From an uncultured Gammaproteobacteria bacterium (GTDB taxonomy: Bacteria > Patescibacteriota > Patescibacteriia > Magasanikbacterales > UBA922), in NCBI GenBank assembly GCA_964345045.1, contig CAYFPM010000002.1:219481-283480 (forward strand): a stretch of DNA of 64,000 nucleotides, given 5' to 3'. The notes beneath the pieces are model-generated. The model did not search any database. It was not told the DNA's origin and saw nothing but the letters and a program-made list of their open reading frames with translations. Position 1 is the first letter of the stretch. Each line of letters opens with the position of its first letter. Position numbers and translations under genes: made by a program. Positions 36,469 to 46,016 of the stretch are shown piece after piece.

Positions 36469-36497
36469 TTGACAAGTGTACTAAAAAGGTGTATATA
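36469..36497 (+). promoter_or_regulatory. consensus sigma70 promoter of the GC-rich lipoprotein gene
   Basis: TTGACA, 17-nt spacer, TATATA. Confidence 0.55.
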
Positions 36498-36575
36498 TGA
36501 TAGCAGTGGAAACTCGCCCAAAAGAAGCATCTCCAGCTACGGCGGTGTAAAAGAGGCGAGTATTAGGAGTGAACG

Positions 36576-37235
36576 TTGAAAATTATCAGTAAGTCTTGCC
36601 TTTTGGCAGGCATTTGGATTCTCCTTCTGGCCACCGCGTGTGGCGGGGAAACTTCCTCCGTATATGTCGACGTGGGGGGGGATACGGTGGCCATCGGCAC
36701 CTCGAGTGCTGCGGTGACCCAAACCCTATGGTGCGGGCAGACCGGATCATCCGCTCAACCGGGGTTCGAGTTCGCCGTGAGGTGGATGGATCAGACCGGT
36801 CGACAGACGGGGGTGAGCTCCGCCTACCCAGTCTGCCTGGTCAACGGGCAGATGAGTACCAGCTTCGACCTCGGTTGGAGTGGCACTAGCCCCTACGCGA
36901 ACACCGTGACGGTCTATCGCCCTGCTCGGCAAGTCCGAAGTGTACGAGTGAGCTGTCAGGGGCACAACCGAAGCAAGACCAGTCCCAGTGGGTGGGTGCT
37001 CGTTTCTGTCGGGGATACCCCTGTCGCCGTGCAGTTCTTCGACAGCGCGGGGCGGCTCATGGGGAAGGATATGTTCAAGATCCCGCTGGATCGTTCATGG
37101 GTGGATCTGGACAAGATGTCCCCGATCGCTTCCTACGAGACCGTGCGCATCGACCACGATCCACAATTCCTCGTGGCCAATTCACCGCGCTACGACCACG
37201 TGAGCTGCTCACTCCAGGTCACGGATAAGAAGTGA
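36576..37235 (+). CDS. hypothetical lipoprotein (GC-rich islet D)
   Basis: 219 aa. TTG start 7 nt after AGGAG. Signal peptide plus lipobox-like LLLATAC-G. About 60% GC. No catalytic motifs. Confidence 0.55.
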   Translation: MKIISKSCLLAGIWILLLATACGGETSSVYVDVGGDTVAIGTSSAAVTQTLWCGQTGSSAQPGFEFAVRWMDQTGRQTGVSSAYPVCLVNGQMSTSFDLGWSGTSPYANTVTVYRPARQVRSVRVSCQGHNRSKTSPSGWVLVSVGDTPVAVQFFDSAGRLMGKDMFKIPLDRSWVDLDKMSPIASYETVRIDHDPQFLVANSPRYDHVSCSLQVTDKK

Positions 37236-37380
37236 CCTAGGGCTCCTTCGTGGAGTCTCCCCGCTCTTTCCTCACTCCGTCCGGAGTGAGATGAACTAAG
37301 GAAAAAAAGGAAACTAAGTCGCGTGGTCTCCGGATCGCGCGCATTCTCTCTTATAGAAAATTTGCTTATCAATTTTCTAT

Positions 37381-37410
37381 AGAAGAAAACAAAAAACACT
37401 GCTTATGGTA
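37381..37410 (+). terminator. rho-independent terminator
   Basis: A-tract, hairpin aacact-gcttatggt-agtgtt, TTTTTTGTTTT. Confidence 0.55.
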
Positions 37411-37462
37411 GTGTTTTTTGTTTTCATTTGGACAAAATCCTTTTTCGTGTTTTAATGATTTT

Positions 37463-37507
37463 ACCCGCCTGCCATCCTAATTTATCGGTAAGGCCTTGCG
37501 GGCAGGT
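37463..37507. repeat. GC-rich hairpin element acccgcctgcca...cgggcaggt (same family as the one inside epmA)
   Basis: The 12-mer acccgcctgcca is identical to 24266-24277 and the right arm gggcaggt is also shared. It lies in the pduO-like gene's 5' region. Confidence 0.5.
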
Positions 37508-37564
37508 GCTTTCAAGTCACCCTTCGGGTGATCAGTCGAAGGCTGGTTTTAATGCTTTATTGAT

Positions 37565-38116
37565 ATGAAAATATATACCAAAACTGGGGACTCTGGAGAA
37601 ACTTCACTTTTTGGAGGCAAAAGAGTCAAAAAAAATTGTATTGAGATAGATGCCATTGGCGACATAGACGAAACCAATGCTTTTGTCGGTATTTTGGTTG
37701 CCGAATTACCAGAGAGTGGATTTGAAGAAGTTAAAGAAAAATTAAACCAAGTACAACACAAACTTTTTAACATAGGATCAAATGTAGCGGCCGTACAGAT
37801 GTCTTTGGGAGAAATGCCCAAAATAGAAAAAAAAGATATAGAAGCTATGGAAAACTGGATAGATGAAATGCACGAATCTCTAGAACCTCTCAGCCAGTTT
37901 ATTTTGCCAGGTGGGCACCCGGCTGCTGCCCATGCTTTTTTGGCCAGAGCTATTTGTCGTCGCGCCGAGAGAAGATTTGTCGATCTAAAGGTTAATTATC
38001 CAGAATTAGATCCACTATTGGGACAATATCTAAACAGACTTAGTGATGTCTTATTTGCTCTATCTCGTTATATAAATCAAAAAAGTGGAGTAGAGGATGT
38101 GACTTGGCAAAAGTAG
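37565..38116 (+). CDS. ATP:cob(I)alamin adenosyltransferase, PduO type
   Basis: 183 aa. MKIYTKTGDSGETSLFGGKRVKK...IDAIGDIDE is the PduO/MMAB N-terminal signature. Confidence 0.85.
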   Translation: MKIYTKTGDSGETSLFGGKRVKKNCIEIDAIGDIDETNAFVGILVAELPESGFEEVKEKLNQVQHKLFNIGSNVAAVQMSLGEMPKIEKKDIEAMENWIDEMHESLEPLSQFILPGGHPAAAHAFLARAICRRAERRFVDLKVNYPELDPLLGQYLNRLSDVLFALSRYINQKSGVEDVTWQK

Positions 38117-38161
38117 TTTGGCTTGATTTTTGTAAAGAATAATGATATTCTCTTCACTACT

Positions 38162-38245
38162 GTCGCGGTGGTGGAATCGGTATACACGAGAGACTTAAAA
38201 TCTCTTGCCCGCAAGGGCTTGCGGGTTCAAGTCCCGCCCGCGACA
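38162..38245 (+). tRNA. tRNA-Leu (anticodon UAA)
   Basis: GTCGCGG acceptor; anticodon loop CTTAAAA; long variable arm GCCCGCAAGGGC; T-arm GGTTCAAGTCC. Confidence 0.85.
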
Positions 38246-38295
38246 CAGATTAACCCTATACCTCTTCGGTATGGGGTTTTAAATTTATTTTGAAA

Positions 38296-38327
38296 CAAAA
38301 AAGCACGATTTCGATTCGTGCTTTTTT
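38296..38327. terminator. bidirectional rho-independent terminator
   Basis: agcacga-tttcgat-tcgtgct, flanked by an A-run and a T-run. Confidence 0.6.
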
Positions 38328-38336
38328 GGGTGTCTT

Positions 38337-39401
38337 TTAATTTTTCTTTAACTCTGTTTTGTAATAGTGACTATAGATAGACATGATAGAGAGGAAGAGG
38401 GCAGCGATAATGGGGCCGATAATAAATCCGGAAACGCCAAATAGTACGATACCACCCAGAGTTGAAAACAATACTACCAATGGATGCATCTCTGTATCTT
38501 TGCCAACTAATGGTGGGCGTAGCACATTGTCTATCATAGAAATAATAACTGTCCCTACTACTAGAATTGTAATTCCTTGCCAAATATTTCCCAGAGCCAA
38601 CATAACTATACCGGCCGGTAGCCAAACAATAACCGAACCAATCGCCGGGATAATAGAGATAACGGTCATTACCACCCCCCAGACCAAAGCTCCTTGTATA
38701 CCAGTGACCCAAAACAAAATACCACCGACCAAACCTTGGATACCACCAATGATAAATGTTCCTTTTAGCGTGGCAGCGCTGGTAGTACGAAATCTTTCGT
38801 AAAGCATTTTTTCGTATTTGTCACCAAGAGGAGACAAGTGCATTAGTCTTTTTAGCATGGTCTCTCCATCTTTGAAAAAGTAATAAAGAGTATAGAGCAT
38901 GATAAAGAGCATGAATACAAAACGAACAGAATTTTGGGTGACGTTTTTTAGATTATCAAACAAAAATAGACTAATTGCTTTGGCTGCGCTGGCAGCATAA
39001 GTATTCCATTGTTCCTGGGCTGTTTGTAGGTATGGAGCCAGAGGAGTGTCTTGCAGCCAAGAGGCCAAACCTTGGACATTGCTTATCAAACCTCCGTTCA
39101 ACAGAGCATTGTATAATCCAGCCGATTGCTGTACCAAGAGGATACTTAGCAAGACCAATGGCAAGAAAATAACTACGATCACCAATATCACACTTATAAT
39201 AGCGCTAACTCCGGGCAGTTTGATAAAGTTGTGAATTTTTTTGTGAAAGGGGTGCAGCATTACGGCTAGAATAGCTGCCCAAAAGATGGGGTAGATAAAG
39301 GGGCGAACCAAGTACAAAAATAAAATCCCTAGTAGAATTATCAAACTAAAGAAAAATATGGTTCGCATGTGGCCAAAACCGAATTTTGATTTGGAGTTCA
39401 T
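38337..39401 (-). CDS. AI-2E family transporter (PerM/YdiK-like permease)
   Basis: 354 aa, 7-8 TM helices with the AI-2E family arrangement (YPIFWAAILAVMLHP..., C-terminal GxxGxxxG-rich helices). Confidence 0.7.
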   Translation of the reverse strand: MNSKSKFGFGHMRTIFFFSLIILLGILFLYLVRPFIYPIFWAAILAVMLHPFHKKIHNFIKLPGVSAIISVILVIVVIFLPLVLLSILLVQQSAGLYNALLNGGLISNVQGLASWLQDTPLAPYLQTAQEQWNTYAASAAKAISLFLFDNLKNVTQNSVRFVFMLFIMLYTLYYFFKDGETMLKRLMHLSPLGDKYEKMLYERFRTTSAATLKGTFIIGGIQGLVGGILFWVTGIQGALVWGVVMTVISIIPAIGSVIVWLPAGIVMLALGNIWQGITILVVGTVIISMIDNVLRPPLVGKDTEMHPLVVLFSTLGGIVLFGVSGFIIGPIIAALFLSIMSIYSHYYKTELKKN

Positions 39402-39526
39402 ATTTTTTTGTTAAGTAGCGTTAGTATAACAAAAGTAAGAGGGATTGTCTCCTAATTTTAGTCTTGACAAAAATTGTCTGGCTCTGTATGTTCAGTCTAT
39501 TCGCAACTTGCGAAGGGGGCAAAAAG

Positions 39527-39736
39527 ATGGAAGCAGTAGCAATTGCTACTACCCTAGGACGATGCCACACAGAGGGAAAGGGGTGCAGGATCTATAAGAA
39601 AAATGATGGGTACGTAAGCCTTGTTCATGATGGGGACTTCAATGTCTTCTCAAACTGGTTGCAGGGGAATACTCCCGAAGGAAATCGAGTTTCTATTCCA
39701 CTGTGCGATATTAGCAGGGTCGAGCTTCTCGACTAG
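39527..39736 (+). CDS. small hypothetical protein (GC-rich islet H)
   Basis: 69 aa from the ATG at 39527 with GAAGGGGG 8 nt upstream. About 50% GC. A TTGACA-17-TATGTT promoter sits at 39464-39492. Confidence 0.4.
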   Translation: MEAVAIATTLGRCHTEGKGCRIYKKNDGYVSLVHDGDFNVFSNWLQGNTPEGNRVSIPLCDISRVELLD

Positions 39737-39830
39737 CTGCCGGGGACGCTCTATCGCCAGCGCCCGTTGTAATCCTATCACAGCGGGCGCGGCAAAAATT
39801 CACTTATTGGATTTGAATTGAAAAAAACAA

Positions 39831-39856
39831 AACACCGGAATTTCCGGTGTTTTTTA
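39831..39856 (+). terminator. rho-independent terminator
   Basis: aacaccgg-aattt-ccggtgtt followed by TTTTT. Confidence 0.6.
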
Positions 39857-39975
39857 CTATTATAATTAAGTTTTAATTTATTATTTTTAAACTGAATTTT
39901 TAGAGGATGCTATATATGAAAGCTGAATTCTCCTCCAGACCCCCTCCAACTCCCCCTATTAGGGGGAGAGTGTTT

Positions 39976-41346
39976 TCAAAATTTAGCCTCTGCTTTTCGT
40001 ACCGCATTTCTCATAATTTCTGGCAAAGCCGGGTGAATGTAGATCATTTTTTGCATAGTCCCTATCGTAGCATTCATAGTCATAAAAGCAATCGCAATAT
40101 GCACCATGTTGCTGGCCTCTGCACCAATCATGTGAACCCCAATAAGCCTTTTATTTTTCTTATTAAAAATAAGTTTTACAAAACCACTCTCACTACGTAG
40201 AGCCATGCCCATAGCACTGTTTTCGTATCTATTTAGTCCTACCACATAATCAATTTTTTTGGCTTTGGCCTCTTCTTCTGTAAGACCAACTCCGGCTACT
40301 TGGGGGTTGGAAAAAATAGCATGGGGCATGGGTGGATAGCTAATAGCTTTTTTCTTTTTGTCTACATAAAGAGTTTTAAACAAGTATTCTCCTTCAAAAT
40401 TTACTGAATGACGAAATAGATAACGGCCAATTACATCACCTAGAGCATAAACATCTTTTACACTGGTTTCCAAAAATTTGTTTACTTTTACAAATCCCTT
40501 GTCATCTATTTTTATTTTGGTATTTTTTAGTTCTAGGGTATCACTATTTGGGACTACTCCAGTGGCCACCAAAAGAGCATCTGCTTTTAGTACTTTCTTT
40601 TTGCCATTTTTGTCTTTTGTAGTTACAGAAAATATTTTGTTTTTGTAACTAATTTTTTCGGTATTTACTCCAAAATGAACTTTATGTCTTTTGGAAAATG
40701 TTTTTTCAAACTCATCTATAACTTCGCTATCTTCTCTGTTTACCATGCGACCACGAACCAAAAATTGAACATCTGTCCCTAAACCGGCATAAAAATGTCC
40801 TAATTCTACACCAATGTATCCTCCACCAATTACAATTAGCTTTTTGGGTTGTTTTGTATTTTGCAAAGCTTTTGTGCTGGTCATGTATGGGGTCCCTGCC
40901 AAGCCTGGAATATTTGGGATTCTTGGTCTGGCGCCCACAGCGATAAATATTTTTTTGGCAGTTATTTTTTTACCATTTACTTCTACCACTTTGTCCGATA
41001 CAAATTTTGCTTCGTGGGGATAATAGTCTATATTTTTGTTTTTTTTGTAAGCTACGGCAATGCTATTCGAATCAGCTGTAATTTCTTTGTTTACTCTTGT
41101 TACTAATTTTTTCCAGTTCACACTAAATTTGCCAACTTTAATATCGAATTTGCCAGCTTCTGTAATTTCAGTAGCTACATCAGCCGGGTGGATCAGCATT
41201 TTCGATGGGATACAGCCACGGTTTAGACAAGTTCCGCCTAATTTGCTTTTTTCTATTACAGCTACTTTTAGACCCAATTTGGAAGGAGGTGTAACCAGCT
41301 TGGTGCCACCACCAGCTCCAATTACAATAATGTCGTAGGTTTTCAT
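39976..41346 (-). CDS. dihydrolipoyl dehydrogenase family FAD-dependent pyridine nucleotide-disulfide oxidoreductase
   Basis: 456 aa. FAD motif IIVIGAGGGT and redox-active disulfide GGTCLNRGCIPSK. Confidence 0.8.
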   Translation of the reverse strand: MKTYDIIVIGAGGGTKLVTPPSKLGLKVAVIEKSKLGGTCLNRGCIPSKMLIHPADVATEITEAGKFDIKVGKFSVNWKKLVTRVNKEITADSNSIAVAYKKNKNIDYYPHEAKFVSDKVVEVNGKKITAKKIFIAVGARPRIPNIPGLAGTPYMTSTKALQNTKQPKKLIVIGGGYIGVELGHFYAGLGTDVQFLVRGRMVNREDSEVIDEFEKTFSKRHKVHFGVNTEKISYKNKIFSVTTKDKNGKKKVLKADALLVATGVVPNSDTLELKNTKIKIDDKGFVKVNKFLETSVKDVYALGDVIGRYLFRHSVNFEGEYLFKTLYVDKKKKAISYPPMPHAIFSNPQVAGVGLTEEEAKAKKIDYVVGLNRYENSAMGMALRSESGFVKLIFNKKNKRLIGVHMIGAEASNMVHIAIAFMTMNATIGTMQKMIYIHPALPEIMRNAVRKAEAKF

Positions 41347-41378
41347 AAGACACAGATTTCACTAATTATATAAGATTA

Positions 41379-42917
41379 TTACCGTAGAGCAATCCCGATT
41401 TTATATCGGGACGCAGATTTTATTAATGATTCGGAAGTCATCTCGGTAGGGATAGACAACCCTAGTAATTCTAGCACAGTTGGGGCGACTTGGTGCAGGT
41501 GGCCATTTTTGTGGATATCTAAATTAGTTCCAGCTACTACCAAAGGCACATCGTTAAAGGTATGAGCGGTGTGTGGTGATCCATCTGTCTCCATGTGTTC
41601 AATGTTGCCGTGGTCAGCCGTCAATACTATCTGATAACCATTTTTTTCGGCAACAGGAAAGATTTGGGATAAAGCCGTATCTACATGGTTGACAGCTACT
41701 TTGGCAGCAGCAAAGTCGCCACTATGGCCCACCATGTCACCATTGGCGATGTTGCAAGTAATTAGGTCAAAATGTTTTTGTGTCAAAGCTCTTACCAAAG
41801 ATTTGGTGACTTCCGGCAAACTCATTTCTGGTTGGCTAGCATAATTTTTTAAACCAAGCGAAGGGACTATTAATCTTTCTTCATTTTTGTACTGTACTTC
41901 TTGGCCACCATTCAAAAAGTAAGTGACATGAGCATATTTTTCTGTCTCTGTTAATTTTAAATGTTTTAAACCTTGCTGGCTAACCCATTCGCCCAAATTA
42001 TTTTTTGGAATTTGCCTTTCAAAAACTACACCGACCTTACAAAAATTTTCATCGTATCTAGCCATGCTGGTAAACAAAAGATTTTTTGGCACATTCAAAT
42101 TTTTTTGTATACTGTTTGGAGCTTTTGCCAAAAAAAGTTTTACCAATTGTTTCATGCGGTCGGCACGAAAGTTGAAAAAAATGATATTATCATTGTCTTC
42201 AATTAGATCATTGGTAAATCTGGCAGGATTCATAAATTCGTCACCAATATTTTCGGTGTAATTTTTTTCTATATAACCAAGTGGAGTTAGGTCCGTTGTA
42301 TTTTTTAATTTTGTCAAAGTTTCAAAAGTTTCTACAGTTCTATCCCAGTTTTCGGTTCTATCCATAGCAATAGCTCTGCCGGTAAGTGTAGCCACTCTCA
42401 CATTTTTGTCTAAATTTTTTTCTAATACCTTCCAAAGTTTGTTGGCACTCATGGGAGCCATATCTCTACCATCCAAAAAAAGATGTAGCACCACATCTTT
42501 TATATTTTTATTTTTTGTCCATTCTATTAGAACCAAAAGGTGATTGATATGCGAATGCACTCCTCCATCCGACAACATACCAACCAAGTGCAGTTTACCT
42601 TGATTATCATTTATATTTTGTTCGATTTCTTCAAAAATCTTTTTATCAAAAAATTTATTTTTTTTGATATCTTCGTCTGCTGCAAAAGCGCTTGACTCTA
42701 CCACCCGGCCAGCACCAATCGCAGTGTGGCCAACTTCTGAGTTTGACAAATGGCCAGGGGAGAGTCCTACTGATCCTTCTTTGGCCGAAAGAGTAGAAAA
42801 ATTTTTGTGATTTGAGAGTTTGTCCCAATAAGGGGTTTTTGCTTGTAAAATTGCGTTGTGCGAGTAGTCTTTCCCTATACCCCAACCATCCAGGATTAAA
42901 AGTAGAACTTTGTTCAT
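41379..42917 (-). CDS. gpmI: 2,3-bisphosphoglycerate-independent phosphoglycerate mutase
   Basis: 512 aa. N-terminal LLLILDGWGIG and iPGM metal-binding motifs (ADHGN). Confidence 0.85.
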   Translation of the reverse strand: MNKVLLLILDGWGIGKDYSHNAILQAKTPYWDKLSNHKNFSTLSAKEGSVGLSPGHLSNSEVGHTAIGAGRVVESSAFAADEDIKKNKFFDKKIFEEIEQNINDNQGKLHLVGMLSDGGVHSHINHLLVLIEWTKNKNIKDVVLHLFLDGRDMAPMSANKLWKVLEKNLDKNVRVATLTGRAIAMDRTENWDRTVETFETLTKLKNTTDLTPLGYIEKNYTENIGDEFMNPARFTNDLIEDNDNIIFFNFRADRMKQLVKLFLAKAPNSIQKNLNVPKNLLFTSMARYDENFCKVGVVFERQIPKNNLGEWVSQQGLKHLKLTETEKYAHVTYFLNGGQEVQYKNEERLIVPSLGLKNYASQPEMSLPEVTKSLVRALTQKHFDLITCNIANGDMVGHSGDFAAAKVAVNHVDTALSQIFPVAEKNGYQIVLTADHGNIEHMETDGSPHTAHTFNDVPLVVAGTNLDIHKNGHLHQVAPTVLELLGLSIPTEMTSESLIKSASRYKIGIALR

Positions 42918-43035
42918 ATTTAATTTATTTCTATTGAGATATGGTTTTTTAATAAAAGTAGGATAGCGATAATGGTTAAATGCAGTGACAGATCTTTCGA
43001 CTTCGTTGCGCTTCGCTCAAGATAACGTTTATTAT

Positions 43036-43803
43036 TTAGACAATTTGTTCTTTTTTTACAAATTTCCACTTGCCGGCTGGCAAGGTTCCCAACTTTAGAT
43101 TACTCATGCGAGTGCGTTTGAGAGAAACTACGTGGTAGCCAAGACCACCAAACATTTTTCGGATTTGTCTATTTTTTCCTTCTTTTAGAATTACAGTTAC
43201 TACAGTTCTTTTGCCGCGGTTGGATTCTTTTATTATTTTTATCCCTTTTACAAATCCATCTTCAATTCTCATGCCAGACTGCAATATTTTTTTGGCGTCT
43301 TTTCCTAGTGGTTTGTCTATAGTAACTTCGTACTCTTTTTCGTGTTCATACCGCGGATGAGTCAATTGGTTGGTTAGTTCGCCATCATTGGTAAGTAGCA
43401 CCAAGCCTTCGGAATCTTTGTCTAGTCTACCAACTGGAAAAACTCTAGTTTCTAGCTTATTTCCTTTTTTAAGGCAATTTTTTGTTGTAAGAAGATCCAT
43501 AACAGACTCACCCTGCTCGCTACTGGCACTGGTGATGTAATCGATTGGTTTGTGGAGGGCAATGTAGACATAATCTCCCCTCCTTGAGAAGGAGGGGCTG
43601 GGGGAGGTTGGTACCCCCTCTAACTCCCCCTTCTTAAGGGGGAGAACTTCTACCGTATCTTTTTCTGGATCTACTTTTAGACCCATTTCAGTAACCAGTT
43701 TTCCATTCAACTTTACTTTGCCAGTGCGAATTAGCTCTTCGGCTTTGCGGCGAGAACATATACCTAGATCGGCTATGTGTTTTTGTAATCTTATTTTTTC
43801 CAT
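43036..43803 (-). CDS. pseudouridine synthase, RsuA/RluB family
   Basis: 255 aa. N-terminal S4 domain (RLQKHIADLGICSRRKAEELIRTGKVKLNG) and catalytic motif VGRLDKDSEGLVLLTNDGEL. Confidence 0.85.
   Translation of the reverse strand: MEKIRLQKHIADLGICSRRKAEELIRTGKVKLNGKLVTEMGLKVDPEKDTVEVLPLKKGELEGVPTSPSPSFSRRGDYVYIALHKPIDYITSASSEQGESVMDLLTTKNCLKKGNKLETRVFPVGRLDKDSEGLVLLTNDGELTNQLTHPRYEHEKEYEVTIDKPLGKDAKKILQSGMRIEDGFVKGIKIIKESNRGKRTVVTVILKEGKNRQIRKMFGGLGYHVVSLKRTRMSNLKLGTLPAGKWKFVKKEQIV
43575..43647. repeat. 73-bp GC-rich palindromic element inserted in-frame in the pseudouridine synthase linker
   Basis: cccctccttgagaaggagggg and cccccttcttaaggggg palindromes. It encodes GVPTSPSPSFSRRG between the S4 and catalytic domains. 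About 60% GC inside an AT-rich gene. Confidence 0.5.
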
Positions 43804-43862
43804 AGTGCTTTAGATAATACACCAATTACCTTGACAAAAGCAAAAATTTTTTGTAAGGTGCT

Positions 43863-44649
43863 ATGACGTTTAGAGACGTCTACAAGGAGAATCTCATGTT
43901 TGGTTTTGGTAACATTTTCGCCCGTGGCCTGATGGCTCTCGGCAACCTGATTCGGTTTCGGCATCCGTTCTGCTACCAGGGCAATGTGGCCGTGATCGTG
44001 GGGACAGTGCCGGCACGCAACTACGATTCCGCTCTGGGCTGCCCAATTTCAGTTCGGGTAAACGGCGAGGAACATCATCTGGCTGTCGCTATGTACGGCG
44101 ACTATCCAGACAATCCGCGAGAAGGGTTAGAAGCCTACCAAGAAGCTCTTTTCGGGATTTGCCTGACCCCAAGAGCCCAATTATGGGGTTGGCCCCCGAT
44201 ACCCCATTCGCATGTTTCTGGAGTCCCAGACCGGACTCTACTACGTGCCAGAGATCCTGGTTTGGGGTACTGGGGCGGACATGGCCTTTTGTAATGGCCT
44301 GGATATGGGATTCGTGCAGAGGCATATTGCTGAGCGAGAAAACCAACCATGGATCGATTTTCTGGCAGAAACCTCCGGGTATACGTCTGTCCCGACCAGC
44401 AAGATCGTCGAGCTCATGGGGGCGGGCGCAGCTCTCCGGCAGGTGCTCACGCCCAACCCTTTCACATTCTTGGACGTGAAAGAGGGCGGTGAGATCGTTC
44501 GCATTACGGGGCGTAGCACAGCTCACATGGTCGGCGCCTGGGAAGCGCCGAAGGGCAAGAGGTTCGATGGGCGTGACACGCCCTACGACGGCTTCACGCC
44601 GCGCTTCCGCGTGTTGCTCGAGCTGTACGGCCAGATCGACTACCCGTAA
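43863..44649 (+). pseudogene. GC-rich hypothetical gene split across two overlapping reading frames (frameshift or two overlapping ORFs; islet E)
   Basis: ORF 43863-44294 (AAGGTG RBS) and ORF 44167/44212-44649 in a different frame overlap by 80-130 nt. Both are about 58% GC. A C5 homopolymer at 44193-44197 lies in the overlap. Confidence 0.35.
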
Positions 44650-44904
44650 GCTCTTTAGGCCCAAAGGAGACTATAAAACCCTCGCACGGGTGACAAACTT
44701 TTTCTACAAGTTTTCGTCACACCAGTGTCGAGGGCTTCTTCATTTATGAGCTTAATTTGTACTGTCATTCCGAGGAGCCGTCCGTCTGAGCCTGCCCCGA
44801 GCGAAGTCGAAGGGGGAAAATCTATAATACTTTCAAATTGAGATTGCGACGGTCACTGTCGCTCCCTCCCACCAATTTGGCGGGTAGGCGCAGTGACAGG
44901 AGTT

Positions 44905-45879
44905 CTATTTCTTGTCGTGTTCGTCTTCTATTTCTCCAACCAATTCTTCTAGCACATCTTCCAAAGTGATTACTCCCAACGTTTTTCCTTTGTTGTCTTC
45001 TACTACGGCCATGTGAATGTTTTCTCTTTGAAATTCTCTTAATAAATCATCTAAATTTTTCTTTTTGTTTACTCGCAAAATTGGACGAATAATATTTTCT
45101 ATTCTGGCTTTTTCTTTATTATGTTGCAGGGCAATTAGCACATCGCGAGAATGTACAAAACCAATAATATGATCCAAGTTTTTGTGAACAACTGGGAATC
45201 TGGTATGAGTAGATTTGGCAATTAGTTCGGCTGCTTCGGCTACAGATAGACGCTCTGGTATGGAAACAATTTTAGATTTATTGGTCATTATGTCTCTAGC
45301 TTGCAGATCATTTAGAGCAAAAAGCCTCTCGATCATTATTCTCTCGTCGTATTCAATAGTTCCTTGTTTTACCCCGGCGTGTGCCAAAGCTTTTAATTCG
45401 TCTTCACTAACTTTTTCTTCTTTTTGTTTGCCGGCAAATACATGAGTAACCCATTCTAAAACGATAATAAAAGGAAGCAAAATCCATTGCAAAAGTCGTA
45501 TAACCGGTGCTGCCCAAATAGCAAATTTTTTGTTGTGACTGCTGGCGTAAGATTTTGGGACAATTTCTCCAAAGATCAAAACCAAGATAGTCATAACCCC
45601 GGTAGTCACCCCCAAGACTGCCGAAGCAAAAAATTCACTAGCCACAATAGTAGCTAGGGAAGCCGAGGCAATATTTACAATATTGTTGCCAATAAGAATC
45701 GTGATCAAAAGACGTCTGGGATTGTCTTTTAATTTTTTTACTAATTTTGCTCTAGGCAAATCTTTTTTTATCATGGTCGAGACTTTGGCTGGGGTGAGCG
45801 AAATAAAAGCCACCTCGGCCGAAGAGAAAAAGCCAGATAAAAAAAGTAGAACAAGTAATATAATTAAATTTGTCAGCAT
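44905..45879 (-). CDS. CNNM/HlyC/CorC family transporter (DUF21 plus CBS pair)
   Basis: 324 aa. N-terminal DUF21 TM domain (GEIVPKSYA) and two CBS domains. Confidence 0.8.
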   Translation of the reverse strand: MLTNLIILLVLLFLSGFFSSAEVAFISLTPAKVSTMIKKDLPRAKLVKKLKDNPRRLLITILIGNNIVNIASASLATIVASEFFASAVLGVTTGVMTILVLIFGEIVPKSYASSHNKKFAIWAAPVIRLLQWILLPFIIVLEWVTHVFAGKQKEEKVSEDELKALAHAGVKQGTIEYDERIMIERLFALNDLQARDIMTNKSKIVSIPERLSVAEAAELIAKSTHTRFPVVHKNLDHIIGFVHSRDVLIALQHNKEKARIENIIRPILRVNKKKNLDDLLREFQRENIHMAVVEDNKGKTLGVITLEDVLEELVGEIEDEHDKK

Positions 45880-46016
45880 AGTTTTATTACCTTTAGTTTA
45901 GCTTTTTTTTGTAAATTTAACAAATTTTGTAAAGGTAATAATATTGACAAAGTGATTTTTTTTTGCTTATATAATGGCAGTTTTTGATAACTTACAACCC
46001 CACAAAGGAGGACATT

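Noticed and set aside
36596-37228. Alternative-frame ORFs in islet D (36596-36889, 36747-36965, 36988-37228)
   Set aside because: They have the same GC artefact. The 36576-37235 frame has RBS, signal peptide and lipobox.
37400-37564. Cobalamin riboswitch upstream of the PduO-type adenosyltransferase (and upstream of nrdJ)
   Set aside because: The leader is only about 160 nt, and no B12-box-like consensus or the characteristic multi-stem architecture was seen. B12 riboswitches usually control B12-independent isozymes or transport, not nrdJ.
44089-44664. 191-aa minus-strand ORF across islet E
   Set aside because: It is Arg/Pro-rich with no RBS. The plus-strand frames have an RBS and a more protein-like composition, though even those are uncertain.
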